From the NCBI RefSeq assembly GCF_001194135.2, contig NC_068983.1, positions 140,924,580-140,988,579 on the forward strand: DNA of 64,000 nucleotides. Reading direction: 5' to 3'. The notes under the pieces were generated by a model, which saw only the letters and a program-made list of their open reading frames with translations, was not told the DNA's origin and did no database searches. Shown here piece after piece: positions 40,291-51,988 of this stretch (position 1 is its first letter; the number at the start of each line of letters is the position of its first letter). The translations under genes and the position numbers were made by a program. The DNA is from Octopus bimaculoides (taxonomy: Eukaryota).

Positions 40291-41221
40291 GGCTATTCTT
40301 TATATATATATGTATGTATATATATATANNNNNNNNNNNNNNNNNNNNNNNNNNNNNNNNNNNNNNNNNNNNNNNNNNNNNNNNNNNNNNNNNNNNNNNN
40401 NNNNNNNNNNNNNNNNNNNNNNNNNNNNNNNNNNNNNNNNNNNNNNNNNNNNNNNNNNNNNNNNNNNNNNNNNNNNNNNNNNNNNNNNNNNNNNNNNNNN
40501 NNNNNNNNNNNNNNNNNNNNNNNNNNNNNNNNNNNNNNNNNNNNNNNNNNNNNNNNNNNNNNNNNNNNNNNNNNNNNNNNNNNNNNNNNNNNNNNNNNNN
40601 NNNNNNNNNNNNNNNNNNNNNNNNNNNNNNNNNNNNNNNNNNNNNNNNNNNNNNNNNNNNNNNNNNNNNNNNNNNNNNNNNNNNNNNNNNNNNNNNNNNN
40701 NNNNNNNNNNNNNNNNNNNNNNNNNNNNNNNNNNNNNNNNNNNNNNNNNNNNNNNNNNNNNNNNNNNNNNNNNNNNNNNNNNNNNNNNNNNNNNNNNNNN
40801 NNNNNNNNNNNNNNNNNNNNNNNNNNNNNNNNNNNNNNNNNNNNNNNNNNNNNNNNNNNNNNNNNNNNNNNNNNNNNNNNNNNNNNNNNNNNNNNNNNNN
40901 NNNNNNNNNNNNNNNNNNNNNNNNNNNNNNNNNNNNNNNNNNNNNNNNNNNNNNNNNNNNNNNNNNNNNNNNNNNNNNNNNNNNNNNNNNNNNNNNNNNN
41001 NNNNNNNNNNNNNNNNNNNNNNNNNNNNNNNNNNNNNNNNNNNNNNNNNNNNNNNNNNNNNNNNNNNNNNNNNNNNNNNNNNNNNNNNNNNNNNNNNNNN
41101 NNNNNNNNNNNNNNNNNNNNNNNNNNNNNNNNNNNNNNNNNNNNNNNNNNNNNNNNNNNNNNNNNNNNNNNNNNNNNNNNNNNNNNNNNNNNNNNNNNNN
41201 TATATATATATACGTTTTTTA

Positions 41222-41370
41222 TGTGGTATGAAGCTTGCTTCCAAGCCACATGCTTCTGGGTTCGGTCTCACTGCGTGGCACCTTGGGCGGATGTTTTCTA
41301 TTATAGCCTCGAGACAACCAAACACTGCGAGCGAATTTGGTCGACAGAAAATGAAAGGAGTCCGTCTCGT
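41222..41370 (+). mobile_element. SINE family B 5' half, diverged
   Basis: tgtggtatgaagcttgcttcc...gcgtggcaccttgggcggatgttttctattatagcctcg, followed by the microsatellite portion. Confidence 0.8.
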
Positions 41371-42038
41371 TTATATGTGGGTGAGGGAACACGCGTATGT
41401 GTGTATGTGTATTATGTATACATTTATATACATAGAGGGAAGTTATGGAAGCAACACATCTAGGTAATGAATATAAATTCCAAAGCATAATTTAAAACAC
41501 ACAACGAAATATATATATATATATATATAGATTTATATGTAAAAGTCATATGTGAAAACTATGCATCATGAATGTTGTGTTCAGGTACCGAATGGAGGTG
41601 TGACAAATAAAGAAATAAAAATTCGAAGTAAAGGCTTCCAAAGGAACTGTTCGAATCGATTAAGAATTTGATGTTTACACAATATGTGAGATGAGATTTC
41701 AAAATTTAAAAATTGCGGGGTAAATAGGTAAATACATAGGAAGATAAAATAAGTATATACAGATTCAGGTAGATTTGGGTAAATAATATCATCTCCGGTC
41801 GTTTCAGGGGTACAATAAATGTATAAATGGCGTTTTAAGTATTCCAAATACAGAAACATTATGCTCCCCTTATCAGGATGGTTTCCTTCGTGATGAAATT
41901 TTGCATGGTAATAATTTGATAGAATTTGATAGAATCTATAGTTGTTTACATTTACACCGTTTATAAAATCAGCGTATAATTTAAATGGCGTTTCTTATAT
42001 GATTGGCAGAAGAAATTGAGTTTAAACCTAGTTATTAA

Positions 42039-42095
42039 AAGCCGCTGATGAGAATTTAGGTGTCAACACCAAAATTCGAAATCGCGATACGGCTT
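42039..42095 (+). ncRNA. Type I hammerhead ribozyme motif (Penelope/retrozyme-type, palindromic stem III)
   Basis: Stem I aagccg (42039-44) / cggctt (42090-95); core CTGATGA (42045-51); stem II gaattt/aaattc plus ggtg-tcaa-cacc (42052-77); GAAA (42078-81); stem III palindrome atcgcgat (42081-88); NUH triplet AUA, with predicted cleavage after A42089. Confidence 0.85.
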
Positions 42096-42509
42096 CATAT
42101 GCTAGGGACTTACCTCCCTTTGTCAGTCATTAAATTAGAGTGATTTGTGGCTTTAGAGTTAATTTAATACTAACTTTCACACGCGCAGACATTAACACAT
42201 AGCTTTTAGTGTGATAGTCTAAGGATCCTGAACGTGAGGTAATGCAATCTGTTCAAACACCTGATCGCAGCTCGTTTCTTTAAGCTTGCGTCTTGTGGAT
42301 GCGGGGCTCTTCAGTTTGCTGTTAAAATGAGTGAATTTTCTTTCGATGTTCCTCATTAGAAAAAAAGATATTTATCGATTTTAGACGACAGTGTATGTAA
42401 TGGACATGTAATCCCTTACACTCAACAGATAATACGCTCGTGGACAAAAAACGGCTATAACAGAACACATGTTAATCCTGTTTTCGGATTAAGTGACGGG
42501 ATTTTTAAC

Positions 42510-42840
42510 TTATTCTCTTGGAGGAAACATTAAAGTCAGTGATGAAAATTACAACTCAAGGAATCTACCTGAACAAGTCTAACTAAGAAAAGACGGAAAA
42601 ACCGAGAATAGTCCTGATTAGAAATAATTTCAATACGATTCTAACAGCAAGGGTATAATCTGAATTAAGGATTAAAGTTACGATACTACGACTGCATAAA
42701 AAGGGTGAGAAGAAAAACGTCAACAATAATAAACTTATGACAATTTTATCCCTATTGTACATGAATTTCATTAGAATCATACAAAATACAATAGCAGTAG
42801 ACAAAGAACCAGTAAGAAGAATCGGCAGGGTTCGTTAGAT
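42510..42840 (+). mobile_element. Decayed RTE-like RT fragment
   Basis: VTILRLHKKGEKKNVNNNKLMTILSLLYMNFIRIIQNTIAVDKEPVRRIGRVR resembles IILLHKKGDK.DINNYRPISLLS.LYK.FTRIIQ.RI...LD..Q..EQAGFR. Confidence 0.75.
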
Positions 42841-43265
42841 AAACGATCAATTTCAAAAAAAAAAAAGAGACATCTATGTAGAGTTGTGCGCAGGCGTATA
42901 TGCGGTGTGTGTGACAGAAAGAGAGACAGACAGAGAAAGAGCGGAAGTGAGAGAGAGTGTGTGTGCAAACCATCTATATCCATCATTTGAACGGATATGA
43001 TGTCTCCTGTACCAAGTTTTGCTATTTGCTCCAAATGGTAACTACATTGCAAAGAGAACTTGACATCATTTCGGGAATCTTGCATGTGACAACAGGAAGA
43101 AGAAAGAATTGCACAAGCAACAAGGCAGACACTCATATTCAACTCAGTAGGAAGATCAATCACGTTCATTGTGCTAACAGCTCTGTCACCGAGTGCTTGG
43201 CGTGTGGGCTTCACGGTCCTATTAACTGAGCGACGAGATGTGTTCTTCAGCAAGATGTTACATCT

Positions 43266-43369
43266 GTCTCTATCTCTTTCTCTATTGTCTCCTTCTCTCT
43301 CTCTTACTATCTCTCTCTCTCTCTCTCTCTCACTCTCTCCCACTGTCTGTCTGTCTCTCTCAGTCTGAT

Positions 43370-43416
<47 letters not shown>

Positions 43417-43423
43417 ACAAAGT

Positions 43424-43484
<61 letters not shown>

Positions 43485-43529
43485 ATAAGTCTCTATCTCT
43501 TTCTCTATTGTCTCCTTCTCTCTCTCTTA

Positions 43530-43589
<60 letters not shown>

Positions 43590-43597
43590 AACAAAGT

Positions 43598-43654
<57 letters not shown>

Positions 43655-43655
43655 A
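43266..43655. repeat. Tandemly duplicated compound microsatellite (CT)n-(CA)n-(GATA)n
   Basis: The unique leader tctctatctctttctctattgtctccttctctctctcttactatc is repeated at 43266 and 43490. Confidence 0.9.
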
Positions 43656-44815
43656 TATCTTGAATACAAGAGTGGAACAGAAGAGTTGGACTTTACTTGT
43701 ATTCAATGACCATTCAGATAATGAATATCAGTGGCTATAGTTAATACAGCAGAAGGGAAAATACTCTGATATATAATGACGAATATGGTGTTTTGACGGC
43801 AGATTGGAATAAAATAGATCAACCCTCCACAATTTACAGAGTCAAAGGAACCGAGCCTTCTCTGTAAGATATATTTCAGACACCTTGAATCAATTACTAA
43901 GTGATAACTTAACTAGGATTGGTTGGCTCATTTTTTATTCTGAGAAGATATCCACACTTTTGAACATCTGCCAAATGTCCCATGAAATCTTCCACATATC
44001 TGAAATAGATCGTGTTGCAGCGGCCCGTCGTATAACAAAATTTGATTGATTAAACGTAACAGTTATCAGTACTTTCTATTCAATTTACTGATAAGTACAA
44101 CAGACCAGCAAAGCCAAGTGAATGAAATGTTTCTTCCCATATGTAAGTCTGTTTAACTTACTTATCTAAGTACACACATACAATCATTCACGCATCCAGA
44201 CATTATATCTATATATATATATATACATATATACATACAATCATGCAGTGTTCACTGAATGGTTGAGAAAAAGAAAATGCGTGTTACAGTGCAGAGCAAA
44301 GGAGACAAGACATTTTTGCGATCATGAATTCTGCACATCATCACAATATGCAGAGGATAGTCCCGAAAAACGCCGCAAATTTACTTCCTAACTATTCTGC
44401 GGCTAACGAATGCAGTGTCCTGTAATGCAAGTTACGTGTTAATCAATACACACATACACACAAGTATATATATATATATATATATNNNNNNNNNNNNNNN
44501 NNNNNNNNNNNNNNNNNNNNNNNNNNNNNNNNNNNNNNNNNNNNNNNNNNNNNNNNNNNNNNNNNNNNNNNNNNNNNNNNNNNNNNNNNNNNNNNNNNNN
44601 NNNNNNNNNNNNNNNNNNNNNNNNNNNNNNNNNNNNNNNNNNNNNNNNNNNNNNNNNNNNNNNNNNNNNNNNNNNNNNNNNNNNNNNNNNNNNNNNNNNN
44701 NNNNNNNATATATATATATATACTATCACACTCGTTCTCTTAAATACACACAGACATGAATAGTGTATCAAAAGAAATGCTAACGTGGTGGGTATGACAT
44801 ATTATTAATTGACAA

Positions 44816-45069
44816 TTTTTTTGCGCCCTTTTAAAGCCTAGCCAGGCTAATGGGCCCGGTTTCCCGGTTTCAGTGGCGTATGTGTTCCCCTGCTGGACGG
44901 GACGCCAGTCCATCGCAGTGTTAGTCATTTTTGCCAGCTGAGTGGACTGGAGCAACGTGAAATGAAGTATTTTGCTCAAGAACACAACGCGTCACCCGGT
45001 CCAGGAATCGAAACCACAATCTTAGCATCATGATGATGACACCCTGGCCACTAAGCCACGCGCCTCCAC
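44816..45069 (-). mobile_element. tRNA-derived SINE with a family A-type head, different central module and alternative 3' module
   Basis: Reverse complement: gtggaggcgcgtggcttagtgg...gtttcgattcctggaccggg...cttgagcaaaatacttcatttcacgttgctccagtccactcagctgg...ctgcgatggactggcgtcccgtccag...gggcgcaaaaaaa. Confidence 0.9.
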
Positions 45070-46464
45070 TATTTACTGACACAGGCTATCGAAAATCTAC
45101 ATGTAGAGTAAGACTTTTTCTGTATTAATTCTTCTTTCTGTTCTTTTTGTTGCAGACAAATAATAGGTTCCACGCAGAAAGTAGCATGCAGTCATTGACC
45201 TCTTGACACATCTGGCTGGTGAAAGGAGCCCCATCCTCTGAACAGCTCAGATCCAGTGCTTCTAGATATGAATTTCATCGATGCAAAAAACAGCACTCTC
45301 CGAGGACAAAGAATTGGTAAGATAGTAAGGCAATAGCAGCTTTGAGAAGTGGGAACACCAATGCACTGTTGAAAGATTCCAAAGTGGATTCGAAAGGTGA
45401 GTTGAATGATGGCGAGAATGCATCTTTTGTGAGCGATGTATTTGTGAACAATATTTTCTCCAGCACGTAGAGCAATTTGAAAGAAAAATTATGTCTGATT
45501 TTGCAATTTTTTTATTATAACCCAATTCTAAATATGTACGAGCTTACGTATTTGTGTGCGTATGTGGCGTGCGTGCGCATATATATACATATATATATAT
45601 NNNNNNNNNNNNNNNNNNNNNNNNNNNNNNNNNNNNNNNNNNNNNNNNNNNNNNNNNNNNNNNNNNNNNNNNNNNNNNNNNNNNNNNNNNNNNNNNNNNN
45701 NNNNNNNNNNNNNNNNNNNNNNNNNNNNNNNNNNNNNNNNNNNNNNNNNNNNNNNNNNNNNNNNNNNNNNNNNNNNNNNNNNNNNNNNNNNNNNNNNNNN
45801 NNNNNNNNNNNNNNNNNNNNNNNNNNNNNNNNNNNNNNNNNNNNNNNNNNNNNNNNNNNNNNNNNNNNNNNNNNNNNNNNNNNNNNNNNNNNNNNNNNNN
45901 NNNNNNNNNNNNNNNNNNNNNNNNNNNNNNNNNNNNNNNNNNNNNNNNNNNNNNNNNNNNNNNNNNNNNNNNNNNNNNNNNNNNNNNNNNNNNNNNNNNN
46001 NNNNNNNNNNNNNNNNNNNNNNNNNNNNNNNNNNNNNNNNNNNNNNNNNNNNNNNNNNNNNNNNNNNNNNNNNNNNNNNNNNNNNNNNNNNNNNNNNNNN
46101 NNNNNNNNNNNNNNNNNNNNNNNNNNNNNNNNNNNNNNNNNNNNNNNNNNNNNNNNNNNNNNNNNNNNNNNNNNNNNNNNNNNNNNNNNNNNNNNNNNNN
46201 NNNNNNNNNNNNNNNNNNNNNNNNNNNNNNNNNNNNNNNNNNNNNNNNNNNNNNNNNNNNNNNNNNNNNNNNNNNNNNNNNNNNNNNNNNNNNNNNNNNN
46301 NNNNNNNNNNNNNNNNNNNNNNNNNNNNNNNNNNNNNNNNNNNNNNNNNNNNNNNNNNNNNNNNNNNNNNNNNNNNNNNNNNNNNNNNNNNNNNNNNNNN
46401 NNNNNNNNNNNNNNNNNNNNNNNNNNNNNNNNNNNNNNNNNNNNNNNNNNNNNNNNNNNNNNNN

Positions 46465-47385
46465 ATAGGGTGCGATAGGTAATTTGTCACCATATTATAT
46501 TTCTAATCTCACGCATGTGCATTGTTTTTTCTTTTTTTTTTGATTTTGTCGACTACACTGTATTGTAGGGTCAGTTGGGCACCATCTGTGATAAAATCAG
46601 CAGAATGACGCAATTCGCTCTGCCAGAAATTTGGAAACAACACGCTGCAGTGCTAGGCATTCGCGTCGGTAGATGAATACGAACATTTCAGAGATTTTGG
46701 GTGTTAATCTGAGTACAGTGCAATCTGAGAACATGTATCGAGAGTGATAAAAGTCAAGCACCCACTCAACATCGTGGTGATGAATGATCACTTGTGATGG
46801 CGACATTATGCTTCCAGTCATCTTCCCACACGGCTTCAGACTCAACACAGAGGCCTGTATCAAGTGCCTGAAAGAGGTAGTACTGCCCTGAATTAAGAGG
46901 GTGGAAGCTGGAAGACCCTATGTCTGGCAACAGGACTCTGCACCTTGCCACACAAGCAGGAGAAATCAGTCATGGCGGTCAGAAACATTTTGCAACCATA
47001 TCACCCCTAACATCTGCTCACCTAACTCCTCAGACTGCAACCCTCTTGGTTATTATGAGTGGGGCGCAGTGAGCGAGTGAATAATAACACTCCTTGTAAC
47101 ACCAAAGATGAAGTGGAGGCAAAGATTATGGCAGCATTCACCAACTTAAACAACGAAACAGTCCAGAAGAGTTGCTGGAGATACCGAAGTCATCTGGAGG
47201 CCGTGGTTGAACCCAATGGCGATTTTAGTGAATAAATTTACTCTTCAGTTTTTCAAGATATTTCTTTTTTCCTTTTTTTTTTTTTTTTTTGTAATTTTGG
47301 TAAATATATCGGTTAAAATGGTAAATATATCTGTTATTTTCATTTTTGCGTAGTTTAAACGACAATTTATCCACCGCTCCCTGTA
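46465..47385 (+). mobile_element. Internally deleted Tc1/mariner element, maT/DD37D-like, with both termini
   Basis: Catalytic region KHPLNIVV...GDIMLPVIFPHGFRLN...GRPYVWQQDSAPCHTS...SPNSSDCNPLGYYEWGAV...SHLEAVVEPNGDFSE*. Imperfect TIRs (left atagggtgcgataggtaatttgtc; right reverse complement acagggagcggtggataaattgtc); the right end is followed by TA. Confidence 0.9.
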
Positions 47386-47392
47386 TATTTAT

Positions 47393-47491
47393 ATGATTGT
47401 TTATGTATGTATGTATGTATGTATGTATGTATGTATGTATGTTTGTATGTATGTATGTATGGATGTATGTATGTATGTTTGTATTTATGTG

Positions 47492-47523
<32 letters not shown>

Positions 47524-47560
47524 TTTATGTGTATATGTATGTACTTATATTTGTACATAT
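47393..47560. repeat. (TATG)n tetranucleotide microsatellite
   Basis: Direct reading; begins at the transposon's right end. Confidence 0.95.
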
Positions 47561-47798
47561 GTATATTCTTCCCTTTCTCTCTTTAATTTAGAGTAAAGTT
47601 TACCCGGCCACCTGCTTCGTAGCATCTTGTTTTCTTCTTCATTCTTTAAATCGTAAGAAGTTCCTCCAGATTTTCAGAGTCACTGATATCGTGATCATTT
47701 GTAGTGTATGTAGTGTTTCCTCCTCAATAACCCAAATTCAGCCACACTTTGCTCCAGGCAGATTGGAATGCATGAATGTATAAATGCATGTATGTATG

Positions 47799-47831
<33 letters not shown>

Positions 47832-48039
47832 GTGTGTGTAATTATGTATATATTTATGTATATCGCAAGTTAGTCTTCACATAGAGCGAAGATTATGATA
47901 TGGTACCTTGTGCTAGGCTTTCAATTCTTGCTTTATTTAACTATATAGATGCATGCATAAATATCCACCGTCACTCTGTCCCCAGTTTCCCTCAGCAAAG
48001 CGTAAAATATAGGATGATGGATGGAAAATGAGATGGAGC

Positions 48040-48160
48040 GTCAACGGGCTGGTATTCAGTTTTCACTCATTAGACTGGACAAAAGTAATACAAAGGGTTT
48101 TGCCCAAGGGCATAGACCGGGAATCGAAACTGAGTTTATGATTGTGATCCCAACACCTCA
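48040..48160 (-). mobile_element. Old tRNA-derived SINE remnant
   Basis: The reverse complement contains gtttcgattcccgg (B box) followed by cccttgggcaaaacc, a CORE-like block. Confidence 0.55.
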
Positions 48161-50052
48161 TTCTTTCGCACGCACAGCGCACACTAACACGTATACATAC
48201 GTAAATATATATTCATCTATAAAAATACATATATACGCATGCATATATATATATATATANNNNNNNNNNNNNNNNNNNNNNNNNNNNNNNNNNNNNNNNN
48301 NNNNNNNNNNNNNNNNNNNNNNNNNNNNNNNNNNNNNNNNNNNNNNNNNNNNNNNNNNNNNNNNNNNNNNNNNNNNNNNNNNNNNNNNNNNNNNNNNNNN
48401 NNNNNNNNNNNNNNNNNNNNNNNNNNNNNNNNNNNNNNNNNNNNNNNNNNNNNNNNNNNNNNNNNNNNNNNNNNNNNNNNNNNNNNNNNNNNNNNNNNNN
48501 NNNNNNNNNNNNNNNNNNNNNNNNNNNNNNNNNNNNNNNNNNNNNNNNNNNNNNNNNNNNNNNNNNNNNNNNNNNNNNNNNNNNNNNNNNNNNNNNNNNN
48601 NNNNNNNNNNNNNNNNNNNNNNNNNNNNNNNNNNNNNNNNNNNNNNNNNNNNNNNNNNNNNNNNNNNNNNNNNNNNNNNNNNNNNNNNNNNNNNNNNNNN
48701 NNNNNNNNNNNNNNNNNNNNNNNNNNNNNNNNNNNNNNNNNNNNNNNNNNNNNNNNNNNNNNNNNNNNNNNNNNNNNNNNNNNNNNNNNNNNNNNNNNNN
48801 NNNNNNNNNNNNNNNNNNNNNNNNNNNNNNNNNNNNNNNNNNNNNNNNNNNNNNNNNNNNNNNNNNNNNNNNNNNNNNNNNNNNNNNNNNNNNNNNNNNN
48901 NNNNNNNNNNNNNNNNNNNNNNNNNNNNNNNNNNNNNNNNNNNNNNNNNNNNNNNNNNNNNNNNNNNNNNNNNNNNNNNNNNNNNNNNNNNNNNNNNNNN
49001 NNNNNNNNNNNNNNNNNNNNNNNNNNNNNNNNNNNNNNNNNNNNNNNNNNNNNNNNNNNNNNNNNNNNNNNNNNNNNNNNNNNNNNNNNNNNNNNNNNNN
49101 NNNNNNNNNNNNNNNNNNNNNNNNNNNNNNNNNNNNNNNNNNNNNNNNNGTTTGTGTGTGTGAGAGAAAGGGTAACAGCGTATATTTTTGAAATTTATTT
49201 TTCCTCGCATCTTTTTTGACTGAGTGTGTGAGTGATTGACTGAGAGAGAGAGGGGGTGTTGTCGGAAAGATAGAGAGTGTGAGAGAGAGAGAGAGAGCTT
49301 AAATTTTATTTATTTACTTTTTCTCGCATCTTCTTTTAGTGTGTGTTTGGCTGAGAAAGAGAAAGAAAGAGAGAGAGGCTTTACGCTATCACACACACAC
49401 ACAAACACAAACGCACACACTCTTTCTCTCCTTCTCCCTCAGTCAATCACTCACTCAAAAAAGACGCCAGGAAAAATAAGTTAAAAAATGTACGCTGTCA
49501 CTCTCTCTTTTCCTCACACGCACACACATCAACACACACCTCTCTTTCTCTCACACACACACACACACACTTCCTCTCTCGCACACCACCGTCAACATAT
49601 ACACACGTCTCTGTCATTTTCTCTCTTTTTCACTTTATGCTGATATCAAACGACATGTACATTTCCAGTCCAAAAAACAAATAAAACTTTTTTACGGAAT
49701 TTACCGAATGCTGTACCTTAATATCTGATAGACCATTGACAACTCTGTGACTTAAAATAAAGGATAGCCCTCGTTGAAAATTATCTCCTGCCATAAAATC
49801 TTCGATGATATAATGATACCAGAAATAATTCACTGCTTTAATCCTCCCCTCAAAAAAAAAAACTATCATCCAATGAGTGGAACACCTCAAACGGCACGTT
49901 TTCACTCAAACCAACAACTCAAATGGGATAAAGAGTACACGCATCATAACAACACCAAGTGTGGGTTTCTGTGTGTGTGTGTCTGTGTCTGTGTGTGTGT
50001 GTGTGTGTGTAAGCTTACAATATATCCTATTGTCAAGAAAATCTTACAAAGT

Positions 50053-50468
50053 CATTCAATAAAACTCAAATGGGATAAACAGTACACGCTTTATCCGCCT
50101 AAACCGTGCAACGAGACCCGCTATGCAATCAAGTCCCTGACGCCCCACTCTATTGAAACCACCATTGTTACGGAGTGCGGAAGGGGGGAAATATTTTCAT
50201 TTCACGGTTGCACCTTTATCCCTCGGGGTCAAGCATGTCGTTTAACTTATGCAGGTCGCATTTCACAGTGAGGCCATACATCACCATGCTCATCAACAAA
50301 TCCGAAAGCCAAACACTATCGGTACCTGCTATCCATTTGGGGGAGCCGCGCTTTTCACATGGGTAACTTTATGTGGCCTGCTCCCGTGTGGGGAATAGAA
50401 ACGCTCTTTTTGTTTATGCTCCTCAGGGAGGTAAAAGACGCAATGTTATCTATAGCGAAGTCTTATAG
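50053..50468 (+). mobile_element. Helitron RepHel PIF1-like helicase C-terminus, decayed
   Basis: PPKPCNETRYAIKSLTPHSIETTIVTECGRGE, then MLINKSESQTLSVPAIHLGEPRFSHG*LYVACSRVGNRNALFVYAPQGGKRRNVIYSEVL*. Matches the CNGTR / TINKSQGQTL / FSHGQLYVA.SRV motifs. Confidence 0.93.
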
Positions 50469-50724
50469 ACGTAGAAAGAAGAACAAGTCATCATTGCAGC
50501 ATATGTGGTTATAAACAGGTGTTCTGGAAGCATTGGCCTGACATATTCTCAAACCATGGCTGGCAACATGACTCATGAACTCTTTTGTTGTTTATTGGCC
50601 GATGCTGACTTCTCCAACAGCAATGCTCACTCGGCCGATATCAGCGCTTGGCCAAGTTGCTCATAGAGTTAGGCCCCTTATTTTTTTGTTAAGTCTGTTG
50701 GTAAGTCTTCTTAAGTTACTCCAA

Positions 50725-50900
50725 TCCGGATCTCCAATGCAAACCTTCGAATCAACCTTCTTCACTGCAGTTCTCCAATGCAAACCTTCGATGCATTCTT
50801 ATCCAGTGCAAACCTTCCATGCAACCTTCTCCAATGCAGATCTTCGATGCGGATCTCCGAGGCTACCTTCTCCGATGCATATCTTCGATGCAGCCTTGAC
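50725..50900 (+). repeat. Degenerate tandem array of 12-15 bp units (tctccaatgca / aaccttcgatgca variants)
   Basis: Recurrent tctccaatgcaaaccttc, atcttcgatgca and accttctcc units, about 12 of them, with no unique spacers. Confidence 0.8.
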
Positions 50901-51939
50901 CGATAGTACTCCTAGGAAGGTTTAGGGCTAGATCGGGATTAGTCACTGCCATTTACATGCTCCCGAGCCCCTTTTTGCTAGGTTAGCTTAGGTTAAGGAT
51001 TAGTTGTGATCCGAAAATAACCTCTTCTGACACAGTATTTGGAACCCTTTTGGGCGCCCTATTTTCCTTACCGGAAGGGTTCCCAACACATGGGCCAAGG
51101 GGGATTAGATGATAGGGGTTTGAAAGTGCCGGCATGTGCAACCTGATCACCTCTGCCGGTCAAACTCACAACCCATGCGTTCCCGACGTGACACTGATTC
51201 TGCAGAACTGGGTTGGGTGTGAAAACCATCTTTAAATTATAAATATAGATTTTTTTAATCAGCAATGTTGTGTTCGGTTAAGTCCTATTTGGGGTGAAAA
51301 AGTAATAAACTGATTCCTTCTTGGGTTTTCCATTCAATCAGGATGAAAAATCGATAAAGTGATCCCTTATAGGATCTCCCACTTAAATTGGCTACACCCC
51401 ATTTTCAACCATAACTGCTATATATATATATATAATAAACGACATTTGCAATCACAAATAGGGAAACTAACGCTGTCTGTGCATATAGTTTTGTGTGTGT
51501 GTTAGNNNNNNNNNNGCGTGTGGAGAGGGAACCACATATGCGCGCGCATGGGGGGGGGTACATATGTGTGATTTTATGAACATGATTGTCTGAATCACAT
51601 CAAGTTCTGATAAGGAAGTATTTATCCTGATTTAGAATACAGATGTGTTCCGTCGTTACATAAATGGATTATCTTTCAACGATATAACAAATCTTAGAGT
51701 ACTAATTTCTTAATTTCCTCTTGGGAAATTTAAACAAGTTTATTGCAAAATTTCTAAACGTTTACATTTATTTTTCGTATATTGCTTTACATTTTTTGGA
51801 TGAACTTTTGTATCACACCCAGTTTCTTTCTCTCTCTTTCTCTCTCTCTACCTACCTATCTATTTATATATCTATCTATCTATCTCTCCCTCTCTGTCCT
51901 CTTTATCTTTCTCTCTCGATATACATACATATATGAGTG

Positions 51940-51988
<49 letters not shown>

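Noticed and set aside
50725-50900. Possible CRISPR-like array
   Set aside because: Units are short, degenerate and abutting, with no unique spacers, no cas genes, and a eukaryotic context.
50925-50982. Possible Helitron 3' terminus (stem plus CTAG)
   Set aside because: The loop is too long and CTAG is followed by G rather than the expected T.
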